A stretch of 50,282 bases of DNA, taken from NCBI GenBank assembly GCA_021163645.1, contig JAGGTN010000020.1:1-50282 (forward strand), written 5' to 3'. Shown one piece after another: positions 41,346-50,282 of the stretch; the first letter of the stretch is position 1, and every line of letters begins with the position of its first letter. The notes below the pieces were generated by a model. The model saw only the letters and a program-made list of their open reading frames with translations. It was not told the DNA's origin and ran no database searches. Source of the DNA: Candidatus Micrarchaeota archaeon. GTDB taxonomy: Archaea; Micrarchaeota; Micrarchaeia; Anstonellales; JAGGTN01. Made by a program: the position numbers and the translations under genes.

Positions 41346-42173
41346 ATGCAGATAAGAAGACCTGTTGTTGCTGGTAGTTTTTATCCAGAAGATGTCATGA
41401 TGCTTAAAAAGGAGATTTCAGGGTATCTATCAGCTGCTAAAGGTAGGGTTGAACATAAATCATCTTATGGTATTTTATGCCCGCATGCAGGTTATATGTA
41501 TTCTGGTCATGTCGCTGCGTATTCTTATGTATCTGCGATCGATGATATCAAACGTGCAGAAACGATAATAGTAATAGGACCAAATCATACTGGCATAGGT
41601 GGTGAAATATCATTATCCCGTGAGAAATGGTCGACACCTCTAGGTATGCTATCAGTCGATGATGAATTGGTTGCTATGATAAGCGATGGTATCATCAAAG
41701 TGGATGAATCTGCGCATGTTCAAGAGCATTCTGTTGAGGTCCAGTTGCCTTTTATTCAGTATATTAATCCTAATGCGATGCTCGTTCCCATTTGCATGAA
41801 GGACCAGAGCATTAAATCTGCTGAACATCTTGCTAAGAAAATAATTGAGGCAGAGGATAAATCTAAGAGGAAACTGTTTATCGTTGCCAGCTCTGACCTA
41901 TCTCATTATGTGCCTTCTGATATCGGTGAGAAAACAGATAAATTCGTTCTTGAATCAGTTGTTAAACTTGATGTTAATGAGTTCTATGACAGGTTATCAG
42001 AATCTGGTGCATCGTTTTGCGGTTATGGATCTATAGCCACATTAATGTTCTATTCAAAATTAAGAGGTGGCGAGAGAGCGGAATTATTAAGGTTTGCATC
42101 ATCAGGAGAGATTAATGCCAACTATTCACAAGTGGTTGATTACGCAGCAATTACATTTGTCAAATCAATTTGA
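41346..42173 (+). CDS. MEMO1-family protein (AmmeMemoRadiSam system protein B)
   Basis: MQIRRPVVAGSFYPED, CPHAGYMYSGHVAAYSY, GPNHTG, EHSVEVQLPFIQY, SSDLSHY. Confidence 0.85.
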   Translation: MQIRRPVVAGSFYPEDVMMLKKEISGYLSAAKGRVEHKSSYGILCPHAGYMYSGHVAAYSYVSAIDDIKRAETIIVIGPNHTGIGGEISLSREKWSTPLGMLSVDDELVAMISDGIIKVDESAHVQEHSVEVQLPFIQYINPNAMLVPICMKDQSIKSAEHLAKKIIEAEDKSKRKLFIVASSDLSHYVPSDIGEKTDKFVLESVVKLDVNEFYDRLSESGASFCGYGSIATLMFYSKLRGGERAELLRFASSGEINANYSQVVDYAAITFVKSI

Positions 42174-42241
42174 TTTTATTTATTTTATATTTAATTTATT
42201 ATGGTTGTAAAACATGTATCAGAAAACATAGGTGTGTCTGA

Positions 42242-43303
42242 ATGAGTAAAGAAACATACGATAGAAAGAATGAGCATATTGACATAGTTCTTAACGAAGA
42301 TGTTGAGTTTGTTGAAAATATGACTGGTTTTGAATGTGTTAACATAATTCATAAATCATTACCTGAACTTGATATGTCATCTATTAATATAGAAACAGAG
42401 TTTATGGGTAAGAAGATTTCTGCACCATTCATCATATCTGCGGTGACAGGCGGAACCGAACGCGCTGCAAGAATCAACATAAGGTTAGCTGAGACAGCAC
42501 AGAAACTTAATATACCTATTTGCCTCGGTTCGCAGCGCGCGATGATCGAGGATAAAAATTTAATAAGTTCATATGATATCCGCGATCATGCGGGTGATGT
42601 GCCTATAATAGGTAATATTGGGATTGTTCAGCTGAAACATTATGGACCAGAACAGGTAATAGATGCTGTTGAACGTATATCTGCTGATGGTATTGCTGTG
42701 CATATCAATCCAGAACAGGAGGCCATACAACATAAAGGCGATGTTGATTTCTCAGGATGTTTGAATGTGTTGGAGGATCTTGTTAAGCATGCGGGTAAGG
42801 TTCATGTGATGGTGAAAGAGGTAGGCCATGGCATTGATTATGATACCGCTAAATCGCTTAAACGTATTGGTGTTGAATACTTGGATGTGGCTGGTGCCGG
42901 GGGTACGTCGTGGACTAAGATAGAAGGAATAAGGAGACGGTTGAGAGGTGGACACGAGATACATGGCTTTGATGATTGGGGCATACCAACTGTTGTATCG
43001 TTATTGATGGCTAAGAAGGCAGGTTGGGGGATGAGTGTCAATGGTAAGCATAATCATAAGCACAGATTGATATCAAGCGGTGGTGTGCGTTCTGGTATTG
43101 ATGTTTCTAAGTCATTATTATTGGGTGCGGATTATGCTGGCGCCGCGTTGCCTATTCTGATATCTAAGGATCCAGTTCGGTTAATATCCGAATGGATGGA
43201 ACAGTTTAAGATAGTCATGTTCTTATGTGGCGCCAGCAATATAGATGAATTCAAATCATCTGATCGTTATACCATTTCCGGTTGGGTGAATGATTGGCTA
43301 TGA
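42242..43303 (+). CDS. fni: Isopentenyl-diphosphate delta-isomerase, type 2 (FMN-dependent)
   Basis: RKNEHIDI, ISAPFIISAVTGG, LGSQRAM, VKEVGHGI, LDVAGAGGTSW, SGGVRSGIDVSKSLLLGADYAG. Confidence 0.85.
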   Translation: MSKETYDRKNEHIDIVLNEDVEFVENMTGFECVNIIHKSLPELDMSSINIETEFMGKKISAPFIISAVTGGTERAARINIRLAETAQKLNIPICLGSQRAMIEDKNLISSYDIRDHAGDVPIIGNIGIVQLKHYGPEQVIDAVERISADGIAVHINPEQEAIQHKGDVDFSGCLNVLEDLVKHAGKVHVMVKEVGHGIDYDTAKSLKRIGVEYLDVAGAGGTSWTKIEGIRRRLRGGHEIHGFDDWGIPTVVSLLMAKKAGWGMSVNGKHNHKHRLISSGGVRSGIDVSKSLLLGADYAGAALPILISKDPVRLISEWMEQFKIVMFLCGASNIDEFKSSDRYTISGWVNDWL

Positions 43304-43319
43304 TTAATTTATTTGATTT

Positions 43320-43600
43320 TACTTGGTTTGTTTTTGTTTTGGTTGATGAATGAATGGAGAATGGATTAACTATGCTTGGGATGATGGTTGGGATGATGAA
43401 TTGATTGATGAATTGATTTATGATTGATGATGAATTGATTGATGAATTGATTGATGATTTGATTTATGATTGATGATGATTTATGATGTGTGCGTATATG
43501 AATGATATAAGCGATGAATGATATGAGTGATGAATAATATAAGCGATGAATAATATGAATAATTTTGTGTGTGGGTAATATGTATTTGATATGTAAGGTA
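43320..43600. repeat. C-depleted (on + strand) GAT-rich degenerate tandem-repeat tract
   Basis: Iterations of gatgaattgatt / gatgatgaattgattgatgaattgatttatgatt, followed by gatgaat(g/a)atat(a/g)ag(c/t) units. The plus strand has almost no C across the tract. Intergenic between fni and gltX. Confidence 0.8.
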
Positions 43601-43607
43601 GATTGCG

Positions 43608-45530
43608 ATGGATGAAGATGTTAAGAAGATTGATGAAGATGTTAGGAAAATAATATTCAAATACGCTGTTAAAAATGCGTTTGATTATGGCCGAGCGGAG
43701 CGAGGCCCTGTTATAGGTAAACTGATCGCTGATATGCCTGATGTTAAGAAAGATATGAAGAATACTATGAGAATAGTTGATGAAATTATTGGCCAAGTGA
43801 ATGCGATGAGTGAGGAGGAAGTGGAGAAATGGGTGAACGAGTTTGAGTATGCGGTTAAACAGGAAAAAACCATTGAACAAAAAATAAAAGAACATATACC
43901 TAATGCAGAACAGGGAAAAGTAATAACGCGGATACCGCCAGAACCAAACCTGAATGCGTTACACATAGGTCATGCGAAGGCTATGTGGCTAGATAAGATG
44001 GTCGCTGAGGTCTTTAATGGCAAATGTATCTTGAGATGGGATGATACCAATCCAGAAAAGGAGAAGCAGGAATATGTCGATGCGATAAGAAATGATCTTG
44101 AATCAATGGGTATAACCTGGGATGAAGAAGTTTATTGTTCTGATTATATGGTTAAGTTGTATGAGTTGGCTGATCGATTGATTTCACAGGGTGACGCCTA
44201 CGTATGTACGTGCGATGCTGAAACAATCCATAAAAACCGCAGTGAAGGTAAAGAGTGTGCATGTAGACATAATACTATTGATGAGAATAAGGATAAGTGG
44301 AATGCAATGCTTTCAGGTGATGTTGCTCCCGGTAAAGCGATACTCAGACTTAAGGCGGATATGGAATCTAAGAATACTACGATGAGAGACCCAACGTTGT
44401 TCAGGATAATAGATATCGATAAGTATCCTCATTATCGCCAAGGTAAAAAGTATCATGTGTGGCCGTCTTATGATTTTCAAGCACCGATTATGGATTCTAT
44501 TCTTGGTATAACACATCCTATAAGAAGTAAAGAATATGAAATGAGAACTGAGCCATATTATTTCCTGCTCGATAAGCTTAACTTGAGGAAACCTGTATTG
44601 ATTCATATTGGGCGTCTTGAAATTCCTGGTTATCCTATAAGTAAGAGATTGATTAAGTCGTTGATTGATAATGGTGATGTGTCTGGTGTTGATGACCCTA
44701 GGCTTGTTACGATTAAAGCGCTTATTAGGAGAGGCATAACACCTGAAGCGATTAAGAATTTTGCGTTAAGGTTTGGGATATCTACATCTGAGAGTAAACC
44801 AAGTCTTGATATGCTATTCGATGAAAATCGTAAGATAATCAGTCCTATCACCCAACGTCGTTTTTTTGTGAAACGGCCAGTTAAGATAGTTGTCAGGATT
44901 GATGATGCGCACAACGATGATATGAAGGATAAGAATAGCGATAATGTGATGGGCAAGGATGGTGTGGAGGATAATGAGGAAGTGGTGAGCAAGGACAGAG
45001 CAGGGAAAGATAAAGTTATGGATATGGTTATGAATCGGGCGGTTGTGCTGAATAATCATCCGAGTAATGAAAGTCTAGGTAAAAGAACTATCAAGACAAA
45101 TGGATGTTTTTATGCGGCTTTTGATGATTTAAAGGATTATAAGGTGACTCATGAATTTAGGTTAATTGGTGTGTATAATATTAAGATAGAATCGATGAGG
45201 TTGAAAGAGTCTGGTGATGATATAACATTATTTTGTAAGTATGATGGTGAAGAAATGAGGAATAATAAGAAGATCCAATGGGTACCATGCGAAGGGGCAA
45301 TACCAGCAAGGATATCTGTGCCTCTTAAATTGCTTGATGCTCATGGTAATCTGTTACCTACAGATGAAACGATGAGGATTGATGATGGATTATGCGAACC
45401 TTCATGTGCTGAGCTTAAGGTTGGTGATGAAGTTCAGTTTGAGAGGTATGGTTTTGTGAGGCTTGATAAGATAATAAAAGGAAATAATGGTAAGATAAGA
45501 TTATTGAAGTTTATATTTACGCATGGATGA
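43608..45530 (+). CDS. gltX: Glutamyl-tRNA synthetase, archaeal type
   Basis: HIGH motif NALHIGHAKA, LRWDDTNPEKEK, ISKRLIKSLIDNGDVSGVDDPRLVTIKALIRRGITPEAIKNF. The N-terminal YqeY/GatB-tail-like domain is typical of archaeal GluRS. Presence of GatDE implies a non-discriminating enzyme. Confidence 0.85.
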   Translation: MDEDVKKIDEDVRKIIFKYAVKNAFDYGRAERGPVIGKLIADMPDVKKDMKNTMRIVDEIIGQVNAMSEEEVEKWVNEFEYAVKQEKTIEQKIKEHIPNAEQGKVITRIPPEPNLNALHIGHAKAMWLDKMVAEVFNGKCILRWDDTNPEKEKQEYVDAIRNDLESMGITWDEEVYCSDYMVKLYELADRLISQGDAYVCTCDAETIHKNRSEGKECACRHNTIDENKDKWNAMLSGDVAPGKAILRLKADMESKNTTMRDPTLFRIIDIDKYPHYRQGKKYHVWPSYDFQAPIMDSILGITHPIRSKEYEMRTEPYYFLLDKLNLRKPVLIHIGRLEIPGYPISKRLIKSLIDNGDVSGVDDPRLVTIKALIRRGITPEAIKNFALRFGISTSESKPSLDMLFDENRKIISPITQRRFFVKRPVKIVVRIDDAHNDDMKDKNSDNVMGKDGVEDNEEVVSKDRAGKDKVMDMVMNRAVVLNNHPSNESLGKRTIKTNGCFYAAFDDLKDYKVTHEFRLIGVYNIKIESMRLKESGDDITLFCKYDGEEMRNNKKIQWVPCEGAIPARISVPLKLLDAHGNLLPTDETMRIDDGLCEPSCAELKVGDEVQFERYGFVRLDKIIKGNNGKIRLLKFIFTHG

Positions 45531-45549
45531 TTTAATGATTTAATCTTTC

Positions 45550-46524
45550 TTAGTACTTTTCTATTGGAATGATTGTTTTGATGTAGTTTGAAAAATTAGT
45601 ATGGGTTTTAATTAATTCTTTCATGGCATCTAGCTCTAATAACTGCCTGACTAATTCTTTTGATTCAATGATTCTCTTTAATGATAAGAATGATATTAAT
45701 CCTCGTAGCCACTTGTCTTTATCGTTGTTGATATCCATTCTCCTTAATATTAGCTCTGCAATTTTAATTATGGTTCGTTCAGATACAGCATTTAGAATAT
45801 CTCTTTTTAATATTGGGTTTTCTATGATTTTATAGATCTTACTCTCATCATTATTTATCATATTATCAATACATTCTTCTATGATACCTTTTATCTTTGC
45901 TTTGTATTCTATGATGTTGGAACTTTTATTGTTTTTGCCTTTGATTTTCTTATTGACTATCTTAGAAATGAGTTGCAGTTCTGATAATGAAAAGATGTTT
46001 TTCTTTTTTAGATAGTTTTTGCTAATTTCAAGAATCTGTTTTAATGTATCTTGTGAAATCGTTAGATAGCGAGAAACAGCAAACTTAAAATATAATAATT
46101 CGTTGTCTTGACTGGTCTTAGTTTTATCTTTTTGTGAATGCTTCTCAATGAAGGGATATAGAATCTCATCAAGCTCTCTTAATGTTTTTTTATTGATATA
46201 CTTTGACTTGTATATTTTCAATAAGTTATTATAAACCTCTCGCTCGGCTTTATCAAACAATTGTTCCTTTTCAATATAATCTAAAATATCAATAAATAAT
46301 TCCTTTTTGAGTTTTGGCGGAGTCTTTTCTGAGCAAATTATTCTCATTAAAGCATGAAGTTTTTCAATCTTTTTATCTTCATAATCAACCTTTTTATCTT
46401 CATTAGTTATCCTTACTTCACTGATCACTTTATCTTTTGCTTCGTCTTTGAATAATGTGTCTTTGTTCTTATTATCTGTCCCTAAGGTATCATCAAAATT
46501 GGTTGCTAATTGTTTAGTTGTCAT
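45550..46524 (-). CDS. Hypothetical protein (Lys/Ile/Glu-rich, probably all-helical)
   Basis: Long ORF in a very AT-rich segment. No motif recognised. Confidence 0.45.
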   Translation of the reverse strand: MTTKQLATNFDDTLGTDNKNKDTLFKDEAKDKVISEVRITNEDKKVDYEDKKIEKLHALMRIICSEKTPPKLKKELFIDILDYIEKEQLFDKAEREVYNNLLKIYKSKYINKKTLRELDEILYPFIEKHSQKDKTKTSQDNELLYFKFAVSRYLTISQDTLKQILEISKNYLKKKNIFSLSELQLISKIVNKKIKGKNNKSSNIIEYKAKIKGIIEECIDNMINNDESKIYKIIENPILKRDILNAVSERTIIKIAELILRRMDINNDKDKWLRGLISFLSLKRIIESKELVRQLLELDAMKELIKTHTNFSNYIKTIIPIEKY

Positions 46525-46613
46525 AAGTATATTTATAAGTATTTAAGTATTTAAACCTTTTTGCTTAATTGTTTTATGCTTTTTTCCATGTATCTGCTTA
46601 GTTTCGGATTTGC

Positions 46614-47159
46614 TTAACTCAGGTTTTGTTTAGATTGTTTGCTCATCAAGGTTCTGCTCTTCTTGACAAATGATTTATTATCATCTAATATCAAATAAAA
46701 TTTTTTCTTATTAGTTTTTATTAATATCCCCTCTGCGTTAACTGGTAGACATTGTGAATAAAGATTTACTAGACCTTCGCCAGCAAGGTAGTAGTGCCCA
46801 TACCATCCAAATAAACCTCCATTTCTCCAAATCCCGATTGGGAATTTCTTTTTAATGATAGTTATCCTTTCTATCTCATTGAATGGTATTATCCGCTTCT
46901 TTCCAATCCTGTTCCTTATGATAATCTCTTTATTAGAAATCTCAGTATATTTTGGAGAATTCAAATAAGCATAAATGACGATTATAATGAAAAGGCATTC
47001 GATTCCCGCCGCGAACAGCTGATACCTAACTGGGATGGGTATGTCCCCTATGTACATCGATAAGAATCCCATAGGTACAATGAATAGAATAAGAAATAAC
47101 CCTACATATGTAGTCATAACAGTTAAAAAGTCCTTTCTGAATTTATACTCTATTCTCAT
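46614..47159 (-). CDS. Membrane protein with two N-terminal helices and a bacterial-PH-like (YdbS/YdbT-type) domain
   Basis: Helices VGLFLILFIVPMGFLSMYI and LFAAGIECLFIIIVIYAYL, followed by TEISNKEIIIRNRIGKKRIIPFNEIERITIIKK, which resembles bPH_2-type domains. Weak pattern-level call. Confidence 0.4.
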   Translation of the reverse strand: MRIEYKFRKDFLTVMTTYVGLFLILFIVPMGFLSMYIGDIPIPVRYQLFAAGIECLFIIIVIYAYLNSPKYTEISNKEIIIRNRIGKKRIIPFNEIERITIIKKKFPIGIWRNGGLFGWYGHYYLAGEGLVNLYSQCLPVNAEGILIKTNKKKFYLILDDNKSFVKKSRTLMSKQSKQNLS

Positions 47160-47274
47160 CCTATATCTCCCGACATTAATTTTTATTCTTTGCTTTCAAA
47201 TCATTTGTTCTCTTCTGATATGATTTGTTTAATCTTAGTACCTGTTTGTATATGAAACTTAGAGGAAAGTGAGA

Positions 47275-49497
47275 TTATTTTACTAAAACCTTTTTGTATG
47301 AACTATGGTAATACCTACCGTCTTGCTCAAACATGACATTTACAAAGTACATACCGCTAGGGGAATCATCAGGTAGCTTTGCCTTTATGTGTGCTTTTCC
47401 ATTTTCAATAGTATAACTCACTTCCGCATCCGTTACCTTTCTTCCCGTTGAGTCATAAACATCAATAGTCAGAGGAGTATTATCACTTATATAAACATCT
47501 GTTGGAAAAGCTCTATATTCAACTGATTCTTGTTCTTTTTCTTGCTCTTCCTCCTCAGTATCTTCTCTTCCCCCATAAATATTATAAGGGCTTAATATTA
47601 TTGGATTTTCGGTTGTTTCTTCATTTTTGATCATTTCTTCAATAGATTGCGATTCAGTATTTATATCAGAGGGTCTATTGGATAAATAATTATTCACCAG
47701 CTCATTAATCTGTTCTGGAGAATACTCTGAAGTTGACAAGTGGATAGGCTCTTCTTGTGGTTCTATTTCATTTTGATTTTCGTTTTCTTCTCCACTTTCT
47801 CCCTCGTTATGGGAATTATTGTATACCCAACGTGCAATATCACGTAATTGAGAAGAGAAATCATCAATTCCTTCATTGTAATGATTAGGAGTTTCTATAT
47901 CTGGATGTTCTAAGAAATATCCTCTTACATCGTTCATATTAAACGTTACGTCAACAGGCTCAAGATGACCGGAATTAAACGTGTAAAACGCAGGTATACC
48001 TCCTATTCCATTAATGTATACTACCTGTAAAAATAATCCAAATGGAGTATTACCTATATGATTTTGCAAATCATTCAATGTAAGGTTATTATCTTGTAAA
48101 TAAGAGTTTAAATACATAATAAAATCATCATGTGATAAATGTTCATTTTCATCATATGTAGAGGTTAAAAAAGAATCTAAATCTATATTAACTCCATGGT
48201 TCTGGCAATACTCTTCAAATTCATCCCACGTAACCTGAGCATGTTCCTGTTCTTCGTTTCTTTCACCTGAAGCTCTTTCTGGACGTTCCCAATTCAACCC
48301 TAATTCACTAGCCTCGTCTTTTGTATGATATTCTATATACCCAGCGCTAACATCAAATTCAACAACACGGGACGTTGTAACATTTTTTGTTGTGGTTATC
48401 TTTAATTCAGTTTTTGTTTTTGGTCTTATTATTTTTACTGAATGAAATGTAAAAGAAGAATCTTGAGGTTCTCCCTGATTTTCACTTTCTTCTTCGTTCT
48501 CTTCAATAGTTGGGACCTCCTCAACATTATGTTGTTGGATGTAATCATTATACAATTCATTATTAGCGTTCAAAGAGTTAACATCATTATCCCTAAGAAA
48601 CATAACCATTCCATAAGAATATTTATTGTCAGAATCATTTATTCCTATCTGGCCAAATTCATCTGTTTCAATTATTTTATCCTTAAAACTAGATACTATT
48701 CCATCAATTATACTCTTTCTTTCATCATCTTTCACCTTAATTTTATCAAATGGAAAATAACCATTTTTGGAATAGAAATCTCCCATTGCTTCACCAATAG
48801 ATTCAAATTGGTTCATTAGACTTTCCCTACTTATATAACCATTTGAATATAAATAATCTAATGTATTTAAAATACTTTCAAAAGAATCATAATCTTGCGA
48901 CTTTAAACTGGTTTTAACTTGAGAATAAATAACATCGAGGTCTAATTTATCACTTATATTATCTACCCAAAGCTTGATTACATCAGAATCATCGTGTTTA
49001 GAGATCTCTGCGATAAACATGGCAGAGTGTTCGCTATTTATAATATCATCTGATAATTCATATAGTTTAGGCATAACAGTTTCAGAAGGATACAACTTTT
49101 CAAATTCATCTAAGTATTTCTTAAAACTTTCAACATCATCATTCTTTACGGCTTTATCCATCGAGCCAACAACAGATAACGCGAATTTATCTTCAAAATT
49201 AGATGTTGGGATATCTTCTTCCACGCATTTTTCATGTATTTCGTATAGATCTTCCGTTGATGGAGTTCCTATTATGAATACTTGTCCATCTTTAATATTT
49301 ACTGAGAAATCTTCACCGATTAATTGGATATTTCCATTTTTTGATTGGTATTCCATTCCTTTATCAATTAAAAAATTAATGAATCTCTCTATGGACTTTG
49401 GTACATTCTTTTCTATTTTTATTCCTTGCTTTTCTGTTGATGTTCTTTTTATGTTTTTCTGACCCCCTTGTCTTTCTATATATCTTGATTCAGCCAT
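47275..49497 (-). CDS. Large acidic hypothetical protein with a C-terminal Ig-like beta-sandwich
   Basis: 740-aa ORF with Asp/Glu/Asn-rich linkers and no N-terminal signal peptide. The last ~80 aa (PLTIDVYDSTGRKVTDAEVSYTIENGKAHIKAKLPDDSPSGMYFVNVMFEQDGRYYHSSYKKVLVK) follow the FlgD-Ig / Por-secretion-tail-like pattern. Confidence 0.5.
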   Translation of the reverse strand: MAESRYIERQGGQKNIKRTSTEKQGIKIEKNVPKSIERFINFLIDKGMEYQSKNGNIQLIGEDFSVNIKDGQVFIIGTPSTEDLYEIHEKCVEEDIPTSNFEDKFALSVVGSMDKAVKNDDVESFKKYLDEFEKLYPSETVMPKLYELSDDIINSEHSAMFIAEISKHDDSDVIKLWVDNISDKLDLDVIYSQVKTSLKSQDYDSFESILNTLDYLYSNGYISRESLMNQFESIGEAMGDFYSKNGYFPFDKIKVKDDERKSIIDGIVSSFKDKIIETDEFGQIGINDSDNKYSYGMVMFLRDNDVNSLNANNELYNDYIQQHNVEEVPTIEENEEESENQGEPQDSSFTFHSVKIIRPKTKTELKITTTKNVTTSRVVEFDVSAGYIEYHTKDEASELGLNWERPERASGERNEEQEHAQVTWDEFEEYCQNHGVNIDLDSFLTSTYDENEHLSHDDFIMYLNSYLQDNNLTLNDLQNHIGNTPFGLFLQVVYINGIGGIPAFYTFNSGHLEPVDVTFNMNDVRGYFLEHPDIETPNHYNEGIDDFSSQLRDIARWVYNNSHNEGESGEENENQNEIEPQEEPIHLSTSEYSPEQINELVNNYLSNRPSDINTESQSIEEMIKNEETTENPIILSPYNIYGGREDTEEEEQEKEQESVEYRAFPTDVYISDNTPLTIDVYDSTGRKVTDAEVSYTIENGKAHIKAKLPDDSPSGMYFVNVMFEQDGRYYHSSYKKVLVK

Positions 49498-49526
49498 GGA
49501 AATATAATAGGTGTAAAACTTTTTAA

Positions 49527-50282
49527 TTATTTCTTGAAGTAAGTAGGAGGATTCCCTATTGGAATCAAAAAGGTTTTAAGAAGCTCGCCAGCATCAGTAT
49601 TCGACTTCTTACCTGTGGCACATACAATATCTTTCTGCTTGTTGATTAACACTGCTTCGACGTCACTATCTGTTTTACTAAGAAGTTGTCCTATCTTTAT
49701 CAGAATCTCTTTTGATACATCTGTAATCATTTCAACAGGTTCATGCGTCTTTTCGTATTCATTCTTTATCCTATCTAATTTGACCTCAGCGATCTGTTCT
49801 TCTAACCGTTCTATCAATTTACCTCTATCCTTCCATTCATCAAAGAATCGTGATACTGTTTCCTTGAGTTGATCCTCTGGCACTGATAATTGTTTTGAAA
49901 TATCCCTTACCATACGCTCTCTTGCCTGGATGTAATCTATGGCTTCTCTACCACATTTGAATATCAGTCTTTCAATACCATCCTTAACGTTCTCGCGTTT
50001 GACTATTTTAAGCATACCCAATCGTCCGAGGTTATCTATGTTATGATGAGTCCCACCGCATGCTTCATGGTCAATATTATCTATACTAACAATCCTGAGT
50101 CTTTTACCTGGAACCGCGCCACCTTGGTAAATACGCATACCGAATTTCTGTTCTGCCTCTGTTCTATCCATCTCTTCTGTGACCACTTTAAGTTCCTGTC
50201 TTATGTAATCATTGGCCAGGCTTTCTATACTTTCCAATTCTCTATCAGTAATTCGTTTATAATGTGTCAGATCGATCTGGCC
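49527..50282 (-). CDS. alaS: Alanyl-tRNA synthetase, C-terminal part (gene continues beyond the window); a stand-alone AlaX-type editing protein is not excluded
   Basis: The frame is open to the window end (GQIDLTHYKRITDRELESIESLANDYI..). Editing/second-additional-domain signature LRIVSIDNIDHEACGGTHHNIDNLGRLGMLKIV..GIERLIF. Confidence 0.65.
   Translation of the reverse strand, partial: GQIDLTHYKRITDRELESIESLANDYIRQELKVVTEEMDRTEAEQKFGMRIYQGGAVPGKRLRIVSIDNIDHEACGGTHHNIDNLGRLGMLKIVKRENVKDGIERLIFKCGREAIDYIQARERMVRDISKQLSVPEDQLKETVSRFFDEWKDRGKLIERLEEQIAEVKLDRIKNEYEKTHEPVEMITDVSKEILIKIGQLLSKTDSDVEAVLINKQKDIVCATGKKSNTDAGELLKTFLIPIGNPPTYFKK

Noticed and set aside
43320-43600. CRISPR array.
   Set aside because: The repeats are short, degenerate and contiguous, with no unique spacers of regular length. 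No cas genes are in the window. No other repeat-spacer structure was seen.
43464-43895. 143-aa minus-strand ORF spanning the GAT-rich repeat tract and the start of gltX.
   Set aside because: The reading frame is produced by the C-free repeat composition (His/Ile/Asn/Phe-rich). It overlaps the real gltX start.
43608-43910. The N-terminal ~100-aa YqeY/GatB-tail-like extension of GluRS (KYAVKNAFDYGRAERGPVIGKLIAD..) as a possible novel domain fusion.
   Set aside because: As far as I recall, archaeal GluRS enzymes normally carry this N-terminal domain ahead of the HIGH motif, so it is canonical.

Overview
AT-rich archaeal chromosomal window. Archaeal markers are GatD/GatE, ribosomal proteins S3Ae, L40e, S15 and L11, Spt5, SecE, NAC, FtsZ, type-2 IPP isomerase, archaeal-type GluRS, GGTGA-type ribosome-binding sites and intron-containing tRNAs. 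FtsZ together with multi-intron tRNAs, many orphan genes and a giant surface protein fits a small-genome (DPANN-like) or poorly sampled archaeon, but the lineage cannot be fixed from sequence alone. The first 10.5 kb is a single ORF, open at the window start. It encodes a cysteine-rich mosaic surface protein (>3,500 aa) built from parallel beta-helix blocks, thrombospondin-type-3-like, FG-GAP-like and MopE-like modules, and a 3-Cys repeat I cannot place. In its middle sits a TM / KRKRK / signal-peptide-like junction with no stop codon. It is followed by a membrane-anchored thioredoxin-fold protein, a secreted Cys-rich protein and a decayed IS5-like transposase. The rest of the window holds housekeeping genes (hsp20, pyrH, translin-like, gatDE, fni, Memo-like, gltX, partial alaS). 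It also has a Ku plus minimal ATP-dependent ligase (NHEJ) pair flanked by a DUF763-like HhH protein and an L40e-like zinc-ribbon paralog. A tRNA/ribosomal-protein cluster contains four intron-bearing tRNAs: Arg with a T-loop intron, Thr with two introns, and two Leu with 54- and 85-nt introns, both followed by a conserved 67-nt trailer. Other content: a triple excisionase-type HTH protein, a PadR-ABC-CARDB-FtsX-FtsX export cluster, a C-depleted GAT-rich repeat tract and several AT-rich orphan genes. No rRNA and no CRISPR array were seen. All family calls come from motif recognition by eye; no database search was run.
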